A stretch of DNA of 64,000 nucleotides from Takakia lepidozioides (Eukaryota > Plantae > Bryophyta). The notes under the pieces were generated by a model. That model ran no database searches. It worked only from the letters and a program-made list of their open reading frames with translations, and was not told the DNA's origin. The stretch covers positions 43,524,001-43,588,000 of the forward strand of contig CM060733.1 in the NCBI GenBank assembly GCA_030704615.1, given 5' to 3'. Within the stretch, counting starts at the first letter, position 1. Each line of letters starts with the position of its first letter. Both the position numbers and the translations under genes were made by a program. Positions 35,731 through 49,199 of this stretch are shown here, one piece after another.

Positions 35731-38292
35731 CCAGAATTCAGTTATTCTATGACCTGGCCTGGCGGTCCATGAGCCTGGGCTCCAAGTCATGAGCGTACAC
35801 TGGTACTCATGAGCGGAGTGCTTCCAGCATGAGCGCGGAAATCTTCGATTTTTGATTATTTTATAGTTTTTGGCCCGAAAAAAATCTGCCGAAATTCGAA
35901 GTGTGTTACTTTGCGGCTCATGGGTTAGCCATGCCCGCTCATGAGCTCATGAGCTCACCGCTCATGAGCTCATGGAATAGCAACCCCCCCTTCTTGAATG
36001 AAAATGAGATCCCGCCTTGTGCCGATGAGTTGCTATCAGACTAGCACAACAGACCATGAAGCTGCAGCGGGAAGGAACTCCGCGAACGCAAGGTGCAAAG
36101 AAAGAAAGACGGGCACAGATTGAGCGCTCAGGAGGGGAGAAATTCGCGTGAGGACCTAGAGTGGGGAGCGGAATAACTCAATGTCAAGAGGACGTGCACT
36201 CACCATAATGTCGCATAAAGGACTACACAATTTAGACCATTTAGCGTGGGGGGCGGGCCCCGGGGAGATTTTTGGGCATAACCGGTTGAGATCCTGATGT
36301 TTCCAAGTCCAACCGGTTATATGTTGACATCTTTCGGTTTTCTTTATTAAATTGAGGTATATTCCCTAGATTCATCTAAAATGATCGGTAATTTTCCTAG
36401 AGTCTTGAACTTCAACCGGTTATTTTTCAAACAAAACCCTAGCACACTACCTACTCGTCAAAAACACTCTCACAGCAAAATCCACGAGACCCGTCTACTC
36501 GAAACCCTAAACATCGTCCAAAAACGAACGCGCCTCCCTCCAAACATCACTCCCCCAACTTGCCCCTTACTACGCAGATAGCATATAAGCAACTACAAGC
36601 GCAATTCGCCACCTAACACAAACTAGAATCTAGAATACCTGAAATTGCTCCCGCTTCCTGTAAACTCTGCAGTCACTCCACACCACGCGCCACAACCTCC
36701 CGCTCCAATGATTATTAAACCGCAGCAGAAAAGTGCAGAAGTGAGTAAGCGAGCCAAAAAGAGACGGCAGATATGATAAACCGTGGTATGAGCAAAATGC
36801 AAGAGAGCAAAGCAAAATGAGAGAGACCAAGTGAGAGCAAAGTGAGAGCACAGAGAAGAATGAGCGACAATGAGCGCTCGAGGAGGTAGTCATACTCCCC
36901 CCCAAAAAAAAAAAAATAACCCCTAATTACAGGAGTTCTCATCCGTCCGATCAGGAAAATCTGACGGCCAGCATCTCCACGACCAACTCTGAATTGCACT
37001 CTGAAGGTCATCCAAAAATGAAGTTACAGGCCATACATACAGCCAACACTCCAGAGGACACCCATCGGGGTTTTGTCAGGACATGAGTTTGAAATAATCA
37101 GGACATGACTGAGCATTTTCTTGACACCAAGAGAGATGTGCCTCGTTTGGTTACTTATATTAATTGGAAGCCTATGATTGAGTCGTATGTGCTTTGTTGT
37201 CACGGCTCTAAGTGAATGGTGCCCATTTACCAAAGAGACGCAAATGGAACGTTTGTGACCCAACCTCTCCATAGATGTGATCCCGGCATTCACCTTCACA
37301 ACAACAGGGTCAGAAATAACGTGTAACCAATCATCAAAATATGCTAAATCCCTCACATGGACTCTGCGTTTGGCGGGACGGATCATTTCTCCAACCAAAC
37401 CTGGTAAATCACGTATGTCCATCATCAAGCATGCGGCATCCACCGCGAATGGGCCAGCGATGTACTCTTGACCATATCCATGGCCAACAATATCAACGGG
37501 AACAATGATGGCATTATTCCCCGTAGCCATGACACCAACTAAAAACAAGATAGAATCAACAAATTGAATTTCAAAAAAGTTGAACCCTAAACCTTATTGA
37601 ACAATTAAAAATTTAAGCTCTTGAAAACCCTACGACTTGCCAAATACAATACCCTCATGTAATATGCACTCACTTTTATAGTGTAAATTATAACAAAGGA
37701 TTAAAAAAAGAAAAAATTAGACCACTAAATTATCAGTGGCAGTTTATTAAAAAATGACTTTATAAATAGATTAGTTTAGTCGCTCTAATATGGGTGCCAC
37801 ACTAATTATGTGTCGTTTGATTCATGTATATATAGTGCACTGATTTACACCAAGTTACACTAATATGTTGTTTCCTTGCAAGCTGAAGGTAAGCACATAT
37901 CTTTTAAGGACGGGCAAGAACATAATCTTTGTGGATAAATATTTTATTCCCACAATGTGTCGTGTCGATGGGTTTTGCATTCTTTAGACAACTTCCATCA
38001 GTGTAGTGATTTTGAGTGTCTTGAGTTATATGCAGTTGGTTAACATCATGCATTCTTGTCCCGTATGTGCCAAATTACAACTTAAGATTTGTTAAATCGG
38101 TGTGCCCAATCTGGACCCATTTTAAATCGATCCGTCACGCAAAGCTTACAAACATGAAGTTGTTTGAAACCATGTGTTTTTACTAATAAAATTTGGCTCC
38201 AAAAAAACCATAGAAAGTCTATGTCCTCAACATTTGTTTGGGAATGAGGTCTTTAGGGAGAGCTCAAAAGCTTAATTTGGGTTAAGCCAAAA

Positions 38293-40867
38293 GCCGCAAT
38301 ACCCACCGCTGCTTGGCTAAATCCTCAAAACTGCAAATAGGGGCAAGCATTGGCAGCAGATTACCTGAACAAGACTCGCATTGCCGCTTTGTCGGCACCC
38401 TCCTGTTCTTCGATGTATACGCTGCGTCTTGCCTTTGCAATTTCTCTGAAAAAGAGGTTTGCGAAGCGCCCTTGCCAGGACTGCACGTAGTTCTCCATTG
38501 TCTCCGGTTTCGTCTAGTCGATCTGTAACTTGAAAGTGGTGGTGTTGCAATCCAATTGCTCCTGGGCGTGGGTCAGTACCTGCAGCATTGCAGGTCTCCA
38601 AAACATTCATGAATTTGAAATTGCGATGATGTCCAACACACAAAAGAGGAGGAAATTATACATGATGTCACCAAGTCATCACATTGAGCCAGTCGTTCAT
38701 TTTGTCGTCTGTTGGCTCGATGGGAAAATGGTACAGCAGCTTCGTGTTTGTATGGCCGTTCCAGATTCGCAGCCACCTCGTCTGCATGACCTAACATCGG
38801 TCAGACAAAAGAACCTCATCATGAGAATCGCGAGAAGACACAAAACAAGAACAAACACATGCTAACCTTCTCCGGCGGCTCAACACATGACACTGCGATG
38901 TGATGAAGTTTATCCATGGACATTTCCGGTTTCATGCGTCTAGAGTAATGCATCTCCGCCAGGAACTCGGCACCAAGACCAGGGTCAGCGATTGCAACTT
39001 GCTTCACAAGTTTGGACCTGTACTTGGTCCGTGATTGCCTCCCTGCCTGCACAATGTGACTTTCTATCGACGCGTCCGCCTTGTTGGGGGCATCACTCTC
39101 AAATAACTGACTTTTGGCATAGGCCAAGTCATCCCTGATGTTCGTCTGCATTCCCATACCCAGCGGAGTCAGACCACTGATCCCTGCAACAAATAGCGTT
39201 AAATCGGGAAATTTGAGATGAATCTCACCGAATAGAGGATCTCCACCATGGCGTCCAGTGTTGGTCGGTACCAGGTGCGATCCGCTTTCGCAAGGGATTT
39301 CCTGTACAGCTCGGGATCGAGGGATTTTTGGAAGTCCGTCAATGGTGCTGTGCCCACTTCTTGCACTCTATAGAGCGTATGTGCCAGGTGAGTTTCCACG
39401 AAGGCCCTCTCTATTACCCTGCCATGGAGAAAAAAAAAGGAACAACATGAGAATATGATACAAAAATAACCAGATTTCGGCACAACAATCCAATTTCCAA
39501 TTCATAGAGTGGATGACAGTCAAGAACATTGCCTATTTCGGCGCCGCAATAGGCACTACACAAGGATGTAGTAGTATACTTACAGATTTATATCCGCCAT
39601 GACACCCTTCAGTAGTCCTCTGTCCCTGACGTCCACCTTCACGACAATGCAGTCCACCATGTAATGCCAATTGATATCTTGCGGATGCATTTCAGCAATG
39701 TACTCTGTCCAGGCAAACATCCTGTGGTTCCCGTCCCAGACGAAGAACATCTTCCCTGCCATGTGTGCAAATGTGGGATTAGTCTTCAGAGAGGCTTCAA
39801 ACTCAGCATTTACAGTGTGCCAATGGGGGCTCCAATTTTGAAGTTCCTCTGCAGTTGGGCCCCTTGTGACACCCTGGTCATTCTCAATGGAAACGTAGAA
39901 TGCTGCCGACCCCCGTCTGTACCCCTCTATGAAGTTGTGCTTCAGTCGATCGATGTCCCCTGGCAGTGCTTGCCTTACAACTGGAAGGCTAACCATGCGA
40001 CACAAAATGAACTTTGAGGTTCTCCGGATACACCATGGAGCCCAAAACGCGGCCTATGTTGCTATGAGTCTCTGCCAGCAACCTGTTTGCTGCTATGTTC
40101 ATGTCTCGTGCGCTCATGAGCATACCCGCCACCAGTTTCTGAGTTCTATCACTTCTCTCACTTCTCTCATCTCTCTCACCAGCCTGTCTGCTGTCCTGGA
40201 GGTTTTGCTCCTCCGCAAGCTCCACCAGGTTCTGATCTCCTGGGAAGTCGTCAAGTCGCATCACGTTGTCGTCCTCTGCTTTTGTCAGCTCAATGGGCCG
40301 CCCTTCTGCAGATCCGAGTCCGACATCTCCAGCGGCCTCCACAGCATCCGTGTTTTCTGAAACTGCATGCAAACCCTATATCTCGACTTCCAGTCTCCCA
40401 AGTGGTTTTACAGGCAAAGCCATGGGCTCCTTTTGCTTTCTCGGCTTCCGGACTCTAGGTGGGCTTTTCTAAGGCGATTTCTGAGGTGTTCTGTGCGGAG
40501 TCGCCTGCCTCGATGCACTTCCACCTTGCGAGCGCAGCACCCGGGCATGAGTATCCAAAGTTGACTATGTTGGCTCACCCTCTGCGATCCCTTCCCAGCT
40601 CCCATGTCAAACAAACAGGAAAACATGGCACAGTGCACGCAAAAAAAAAGGTGTAAAAGGAATAGTGCGTATGGAAGGCTTCACATCCGCGAAGCACGAA
40701 TCTCTCACTGGTGGGCGATCCGAGTCTCCGGATAACGAGGTCTGCATTTCCTGCATAAGACGGAGCTTAAGTCGTGTCGTCGGCGGCTTCCCAAAATCTT
40801 GCGTCCTCCTTCTCTGCGCCGGAGTCGCCTGACCTTCCACAAACTCTATGCTATCACTATGCTGCAT
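38293..40867 (-). pseudogene. 5' part of the ParB-like cargo gene (copy 2)
   Basis: ORF 39580-40005 contains MFFVWDGNHRMFAW, with the same exon layout as copy 1. The MTase-like part is absent here. Confidence 0.8.
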
Positions 40868-41274
40868 AAGGAGACGAAACGCAGGAGAATGTCACCGCAA
40901 AAGAGCAAAGAGCGAGAGAGCGAAGCGGTGGAACATGCAACCACTGTGCACGAACAGATGCGCAAGCAGCCACGTCACCCCAAGCGTTGCCACCTTCCAC
41001 CACTTTCCGCCGTATGGGTGATGAAGAGATTGCGACCCCTGACACGTTCGCACGGATGAAATCGACTGGAACGCGACGCGTGCCTGTTCAAGCCAACAGT
41101 AGAAAACGCTTTATCCGAATTGCGGCACCGAAATATCGTTCCGTTCGCCGGATGCTGTTCCCGGAGCAGCCGGCATCTGAATGCACTATCCGCACATCGT
41201 AAAACCCAACCGCCAGGAAATTCCCCTGCCTACCGACATTCAACAGTCAGGTCGGCACGTTTCATCAGCGGACG

Positions 41275-42680
41275 GATGAATTTCGGCGCCGAAATTCATC
41301 CTATGCAAGTGCTTTCATACACAAACATATGAATTTCGGCGCCGAAATTCATCGCTTACCCAGTCCTCATCCGTCATGAGCACACATGTCAGTCGAATAT
41401 CGGATCCGGAATTAATCCCGGAACTGTGCAGAACGTTGCACTGGGGCACATTTCATCCATATTTCGGCGCCGATATTCATTAACAATATCTCCGTCCGCA
41501 AGCAAACGACCTGAAATCATCCATATTTCAGCGTCGAAATACATCCAGCCCGAACACTAAACCGGAAACATGCCACGCTTTGCTGCCATCATTGCCCCTC
41601 GCGGTTGCTGTCCATGCCTGTTGGACGTGCCATGTCTGGACTGTTATGTATAATTTCGGCGCCAAAATTATACTTTATTTGCGGCAACCTCCTGTACGAG
41701 AAATGACCACTTAATGGATACGGTCAGTTTCAAATGAAAACAAGGGCTAAAATGCAATAAAATTTCCCCCAACCTGGGAAAATATCCCATTTCGTCATTG
41801 GATAACGGCCTTTTGAAAACATAAGGGGTTAAATGTGCCGATTTCTCCATTTAATGCAGGATATTCGAGTTTTCTTTGTCTGAATGGGTTATTTCAAAAG
41901 AATTTGGGACCTTTACATCATCCAGAAGCAAGAAGTAGGTGTCGGGTTCAGATGAATTTCGGCGCCAAAATTCATCCGTCGCATGGTAAATGTAATATTG
42001 GAGTTACCGTTTGCCGACAGTAGGGATGAATTTCGGCGCCGAAATTCATCGATCTCAAAGAAAAATAAAAATTGGAGGGATGACTTTGGATGAATTTTGG
42101 CGCCGAAATCCAACGCTCGAACCCTTAAAAAAATTTGGAGGGATGACTTCGGATGAATTTCGGCGCCGAAATTCATTGTCGAAAAGAAAAAATATTATCT
42201 GAAGGGAGGACTTTGGATGAATTTCGGCGCCGAAATTCATCGGTCGCAAAGAAAAAAAGTTTTGAAGGGAGGACTTCGGATGAATTTTGGCGCCAAAATT
42301 CATCCAACGTCCTCCCTCCAATAATATTTTTGCCATGCGAACGATGAATTTCGGCGCCGAAATTCATCCGTACTGTCGATTCAGGGTTACTCTCATCCGG
42401 ATTTCGGCACCGAAATCCTTACACGTGGTGAATCATGACTCTAATCATGAACACATTCATCCGTATTTCGGTGCCGAAATTCATCCTTTATGTGCAAAAA
42501 TAATTTCATGAAGAACATGTTTATCCGAATTTCGGCACCGATATCCACCCGTCGGGTGCTAGCTCAGTTTCATGAGGTGAACTAATTTCGAATTATGTCG
42601 CAGGAATTCATCCCGTGGCTTCCAAATCTGTTATATGACAGAGATGTTCATCTGGATTTCGGTGTCGAAATTCATGAGAA
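41275..42680. repeat. Palindrome array (GATGAATTTCGGCGCCGAAATTCATC) of copy 2
   Basis: Same motif and similar spacing as 28497-30090, with a different number of core units. Confidence 0.93.
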
Positions 42681-42922
42681 GACATGATTTATTGTAGCCC
42701 AACTGGTGGTACATCACAATTCAGGCACCCAATTTCCGATGTGAATTTGTTGTGGTCGTCTGTATTTGTAACGTACGTTACATACCTTCATCCATACGTG
42801 CACTGATCACCCATCCTGTTGGATACAGAATCCTCCAAAAAATGATTGTGGTATTATGTAGGACACACTCTTCTTATTACAGGACTTCGCTACGGAGCCT
42901 ACCGAGAGTTGCGGTCTTCAAC

Positions 42923-44098
42923 ATGGACTCCCGTGTTTGGGTAAACGTGTACTCCATCCTGATTCTCTGAAAGCTAAAATACCTTGCGACCAAGGATTTG
43001 CGATTGTCACTGAGCAGTACTTGTGTGTGAAGTTCGGGCTCCGCCCTGGAACGGTGTTTTTGGAAGAGGAGACGAATGATGCTTCTGGAAATTTTCTGGA
43101 AAGTGCCGTCATTCTGCATGCAAATTTCGGAAAGGGCAAAGAGTGGCGGCTCCCAGCTTCTGAATCCATCCGGTACAGTGCAATTGGTGAAATCGTGCCT
43201 AAAGAGTTCCCATGCTGGAACTTGGTTGATCCTCCTTCAACAAGAGGGTCTGGCGTGCAAGATGTGAAGTCTGCCATGAGGGATGTGGGCACCTCATCAC
43301 AAGCAGAGAAGCCCAAACATGTGAAAAGGGAAATCGAGGAAAACAGGGAAACAGTCGTCCACGACTTATCCAGTGACAATGAAGACTGTATGGTCCTTCC
43401 ATCGTATGTTTCAAAGTCGTCCGTCACTAGGAGTGTTCAGATGTTGGCAGACAATGAGCACACACCCTTTGACTCAACTTCCATCCACTCAATAATCAAC
43501 GTATTGCGGAGGATGAAGACAGCGGGTTCCCGCTCCAGTGACCTTCTTAGGCTTGATTACGACAAAACTCCAATCCATTATGTGGAAACTTTGCCTGAAG
43601 TTGTGGATGGGAATGTTATCTACGAGTTCCCTCTAATGCCGGCAGGCGCAGGCCCAGACAACATGCTGGCAGGAATGAACAGAAAACATGACGGCCACCC
43701 ATGGTGTGTCACCAAAACTTCATCGTCCAACCTGGGTGATGGAGTTCGAGTGAGATATGTGTTGTGTGTTGGGCATCTTAAATGTTTCTCGAGCACATGT
43801 TACCACTACACGAGCAAAGGCACCCGGAATGAGACAGACTGGATTGGCAATTCGTCGACCCATTTTGGCCTCAAGGTAGAGTTCATGCAGGGACGTTCAA
43901 GTGTGCCCATTGCAATGCAGCCCCTACGTGCATGGCAGTGTGCAATGCCAAGCAGTACTACGTCGGGACCATCGGCCTAGCGTGCACCAGAGGATGCATT
44001 CACATCGGAAAGCATGACCACCCTGTTGCCAGAGACAACTGCAGAGTCACTTTTCAAGAAGCCCACGATATTATCAAGGAGGAGGTGAGGTTGAGGCC
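42923..44098 (+). pseudogene. 5' part of the MULE transposase (copy 2)
   Basis: Nearly identical to 30341-31488 (GMNRKHDGHPW...CVGHLKC). Confidence 0.88.
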
Positions 44099-44239
44099 TG
44101 TCGCGCGGCTTTTACTCACCCATCCCTTCGCTATCCGAGGCGGAAACTCCAAGATAGAAGAGTTGGAAATCTCTAAGTACTCAGCCCGCGCAGAACAATC
44201 AGTCATGACCTACAGCTAGTGTATCATGGGGGTGTTTCC
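44099..44239 (-). mobile_element. LTR end of the Gypsy family inserted in the transposase, running into the gap
   Basis: TGTCGCGCGGCTTTTACTCACCC begins exactly where transposase homology stops. Confidence 0.9.
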
Positions 44240-44739
44240 NNNNNNNNNNNNNNNNNNNNNNNNNNNNNNNNNNNNNNNNNNNNNNNNNNNNNNNNNNNNN
44301 NNNNNNNNNNNNNNNNNNNNNNNNNNNNNNNNNNNNNNNNNNNNNNNNNNNNNNNNNNNNNNNNNNNNNNNNNNNNNNNNNNNNNNNNNNNNNNNNNNNN
44401 NNNNNNNNNNNNNNNNNNNNNNNNNNNNNNNNNNNNNNNNNNNNNNNNNNNNNNNNNNNNNNNNNNNNNNNNNNNNNNNNNNNNNNNNNNNNNNNNNNNN
44501 NNNNNNNNNNNNNNNNNNNNNNNNNNNNNNNNNNNNNNNNNNNNNNNNNNNNNNNNNNNNNNNNNNNNNNNNNNNNNNNNNNNNNNNNNNNNNNNNNNNN
44601 NNNNNNNNNNNNNNNNNNNNNNNNNNNNNNNNNNNNNNNNNNNNNNNNNNNNNNNNNNNNNNNNNNNNNNNNNNNNNNNNNNNNNNNNNNNNNNNNNNNN
44701 NNNNNNNNNNNNNNNNNNNNNNNNNNNNNNNNNNNNNNN
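44240..44739. other. Assembly gap (500 N)
   Basis: Run of N. Confidence 1.
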
Positions 44740-47689
44740 GGATGTTCCACTGCATGGTACGGGTCATTGGGATCAACCACCCCCTTGTTCTTTCTCACGG
44801 ATCCCCTACCATGCGGTGGAGTTTGCTGGACATGCACCACTGGGCCAATATCTGCAACACTTCCTGCCTTGTGCCACTTCCCTCTACCCCTTCCTTTGCC
44901 CACAACACCAGCAACAATCTTTTCCCTTTGCCTTCTACCTCTACCCGGGGTATCCTTAGCGGGAGGCTCCTTCTCTGCAAGAGTCTCAAATTTTGTTCAT
45001 GAATGTCGAGGTCGGCTGCTGCGGCAGTGGCTGCAATTTGCTCATTCTCTCTCCTCAAAGACACCTCCGGAGCTGGGGTCTCAGAAGGAGGGCAATCCAA
45101 ATACCAACCACAAGAAGAAAGATGGTATGGCCCCAGTCATGCAAGATCCCAGTAGTAAACATGGTCTGGTTGCCAGCAGGGACAAGCCAGAGTCCACGGA
45201 ATCTGGATGTTTGTCTAAGCAATTCTCTTCCATGAGAACAAACTTTATGTACCGCAGGAACAGAGACAGCCTCATTATGCCAATGCAATTATTGTCTCTC
45301 AGCTTTTCCATCCACCAGGAAGACCCCCTTAAACTGTATGCGTCACAGTACATTGCAACCACAGCACACTAAGTAGCCTGAACGGCCCAGGGTGTGCACC
45401 TGTAAAGGCATCGTTTCCAGGCTTCCTCTCCTTTTTCTTGCTGGTCAAGGTCATGTGTTTGACTGATGCCACCTCCTTGCTGAACTCTCTAAAGAAACAA
45501 GAGTGCCACACTGTGGCTCTCCATTTCCTCATGTATGCTTCGAAGGAGACCTTCGGTGCTGTCATAGTGATGCCATAGTCAGCCAGCTGAGTATGCAGAA
45601 CCGACCGTGCCCTTTCTTCCAACTGCAAAACAATTCAAATGCAAGAATGAACCCAAAAACAATCACAACGAATGTGAGAGGCAATGGAAGAGAAGGACAG
45701 GAAAAAAGAGAAAAGAAAGTGACACAGGAAAGGACATCACACCTGGCTCCAGTAAGTGGCCTTGTGAAGCCATGTGTCCAGCACATTGTCACTGACAGGA
45801 ATGACACGCTGGGTCTTCTTCTCTTTCTCCGGCCTGGGGAACATGTGGGTATCCCTAACTGTGGGATCGGTGTTCCATATCTGTAGCCACTTCACCTTCT
45901 GTTCTGAAGACACAACGGCGGTAGACAACTGTGTAACTTCTCTGGGCCATCTCTGGCTTGCCTGGCTTGTTATAATGGTTTTTTTTTTATCTCCAGGAGA
46001 AAACTGCGATCGGAATGATGGGTCGGCAATTCTCAACTGCTTCACAAAAGCACTCATTATAGTCCTCACTACAACAAATTGCGGCTTTTACGTCTCTGTG
46101 TTATGACTGCAAATGCAGTCATGGAAGCCATTTACGACTTCCTGACTCTGCAGACGTAAAGACCTAGTCAGTTGTGACATGGCAGATATGACTCTCCAGG
46201 CTGGCTGTCACGTGGCGCCAGAGCAGCTGTGGGGGTAGTCATACACGCTGGCATTACTGAATGACTGAACGGGTCCATGTCAGCCGCTGTGTAATAGAGA
46301 CACGTGCTCTCTACAGAACACGCCACGTGTCAGACTGCGACGCCATCCGACTGCAGAGGAGGGAATCAGACGTCAGCATGTGTCGCATCGTGATTTTGAC
46401 ACGTGGTTCCTCATGTCAATTGACACGCGTCGCTGTTGGGGGTTGTAGATTTACTTTATTGTTATTATAATTACTAAAATAATTATTATAATTATTTGTT
46501 ATTATAATTATTATTACTGACCAACATGGGACAGTGGCACATTATTAAATAACGAATTTTTGAAATTATATTCTTAGATAAAATATTTATTCGCTCAGAT
46601 ACCAAACACACCCTTACGGGGAAGGAGAGTTTGCCTTAGTGCCTGTGCTGAATTGCATCTGCTACTGTTACCTGTTTATGGATACTTTTTTATTGTCACT
46701 TTGGCAGTATCATATCAAAGTCACTCCAAACTATCTACCATCTACCCATGACCATCTACCCATGCAGGTTTCTTGTATATTCCACAGGGAATCATCGGTA
46801 ATCTGGAGCTTGAAATCCGGCTTTTTGGATGATCTGGACCCACACTCTATCCCTGCTCCTTCAGCTATCCATGCCTCTGCATAGATCATGCATATATCCT
46901 TGCATTGCTGTTAGCAGCTGACAATGACAGCCTACATTTGTTCCAGCAAACACCCAACTCAACTTACCACACAAGTTCCTATTCTCAATTGCATCTGTTA
47001 CTCTCTGTAATCCAACAGGCATTTACCTTTTTGCCTCGGTTGTCCCACCATTGACTGGGGTCAGAAAAGTATTCATTCCACAGCTTCCCCTCATCTCCGT
47101 TAACTGTTTTTCGATACTTTCCTGTTGTCACATTGGCAATATCATGTCAAAGTCACTCCAAACTCGATTCACTCAACCAGCTAACTTGCAGACATTGAAA
47201 TTTAGGGCCGGTTCTGATAAGAGGGAAAAACAGGGTGAAATGTGTTGAAGAAGGTGCCTTTATTAGCAGTGCTTGATTTTATCAATTGTGCCGCTACTCC
47301 TGCGGCTTCCAGTTCACCATCTACCCATGCAGGTTTCTTATAGCTAAATCCACAGGTAATCATAGGTAATCATGTGCTTGAAATCTGGCCCTCTTGGATG
47401 AATCTGGACCCATACTCTATCCCTGCTCTTTCAGCTATCACTGCTTCTGCACAAATCATGCATACTTCCTTGCCTTGCAGCTGATAATGACAGCCTACAT
47501 TTGTTCTAGGAAACACCCAACTCAGCTTATCACACTAGTTCCTATGTTGAATTGCGTCTGCCCTCTATAATCTAACAGGCATTAACCTTTTTCCCTCGGT
47601 TGTCCCACCATTCCACAACTTCTCCTCGTCTCTGTGACCTATTTCTGGATACTTTCCTGTTGTCACATTGGCATCATGTCAAAGTTCAG

Positions 47690-48690
47690 ATCGACATCTA
47701 GTACAATTCCACCACGAACCTCTTTGCTATTTTGCAGGGCTGCCAGGCTTGCACACATGTTGCCAAATGTAACAAACGCGATGTGGTTGCGCTGCAGTAT
47801 CCCTTCCCACACCACTTGCTCATAGACCTCTCCAAAGGGCCTCCATCCCGTGCCGCTGTTGTGCATATCCTGGGATCATCATCCTCCATGCACCCCAATT
47901 TGGCATACAAGTCCACAAGGGCATAGTTCAGAACAACATTTGTTTAATTCCAGCTTGGACGATCAACATCACAAACCCCGTCTTCACTCATTGCCTACTC
48001 TAGGTAAGTGCAATTATGGGCTAGGCTGGTACCACATCTCATTCAGCCATATTATCAAAACAACCATGTATCCTTGTAGTTGCACCCTGCAACCTTGGCA
48101 TACATGTCCACTACGGCAACGTTCAGAATCACATCAAATACAATACCAGCTTTGACAATATCACCGTGGACCTCTGTACCCTTTTTCAGGGCTGCCAGGC
48201 GTGCATTTGACATACATATCCACCAAGGCAGTGTTTAGAGTGACATCTAGTGGTACAATTCCAGATTTGATAATGGACCTTTGCGTCCTTTCCAGGGCTA
48301 CCAGGCTCGCATTTGACATACATGTACACCAGGGGAATGTTCATAATGACATCAGGTACAATTCCAGCTTTGATGATGTCACCATGAACCTCTTGGCCCC
48401 TTCCCAGGGCTGCTAGGCTCGCATATGCATATTAACAAACACAAATGAACATGACCTGGTTTGGCTTCATCCTTTCCCACATCATTTGTTCTTAGGTTTC
48501 CAAAGCCTTACTCCCACACCTATGCTACACACACCTTACAATCATGGCAGTCCACAACACCACATCTCATTTAGCCATGTTGTCGAACTCTCCCTTTGCA
48601 TCAGGCTTGCTGCACCCACATTTGGCATACATGTCCACTAGGGCAGTGGTCAGAATGACAACTAGTACAGTTTCAGCTTTGACGATGGCA
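47690..48690 (-). pseudogene. Captured PLS-class PPR gene fragments
   Basis: Manual translation gives TTALVDMYAKCG, KGTEVHGDIVKAGIVFDVILNVAVVDMYAK and ALVDLYAKLG. Confidence 0.75.
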
Positions 48691-49199
48691 CATGGCCAAG
48701 AGATATCCCAATATCCCGCTACCAATGGGTTCAATGCATCCTCTTGTCACATTGGCAGTATCATGTCAAAGTCACTCCAACTAGATTCACTCAACCAGCT
48801 AACTTGCAGAATTGAACATGAAAATTTAGGGCCGATTCTGATAAGAGGGGAAAATAGGGTGAAATGTGTTTCAGAAGGTGCCTTCATTAGCAGTGCTTGA
48901 TTGTATCAATTGTGCTGCTGCTGCTGCGGCTTCCAATTGACCATCTACCCATGCAGGTTTCTTGTATCTATCCTTCCACAGGGAATCATAGATAATCTGG
49001 AGCTTGAAATCTGGCCCTCTTCCACACTCTATCCCTGCTCCTTCAGCTATCTATGCCTCTGCACAAAATCATGCATACAACAATCATTCCAGCAAACACC
49101 CCCAACCCTACTTATCAATGAGCAACGAGCTAACTTACATAATTCAATATGCATCTCAAGGCCGAGTCTGATGAGAGGGCAAAAACAGGCTGAAATAGG

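Larger units (their letters stand above)
22246..35988 (+). mobile_element. Complete Mutator-like element, subfamily A copy 1 (13.7 kb)
   Basis: Left end GAGGTTTACTATTTCATGAG; right end reverse-complements to GGGGGTTGCTATTCCATGAG. CATGAGC subterminal repeats at both ends. 9-bp TSD CCTTCTTGA at 22237-22245 and 35989-35997. Encodes a MULE transposase. Confidence 0.92.
38293..44098 (+). mobile_element. MULE subfamily A copy 2, internal fragment
   Basis: Colinear with ~25544-31488 of copy 1. Left side truncated; right side interrupted by an LTR at 44099. Confidence 0.9.

Noticed and set aside
36269-38292. TIR element bounded by TTTTGG(G)C.TAACC
   Set aside because: The match is short and imperfect, and no TSD was found.
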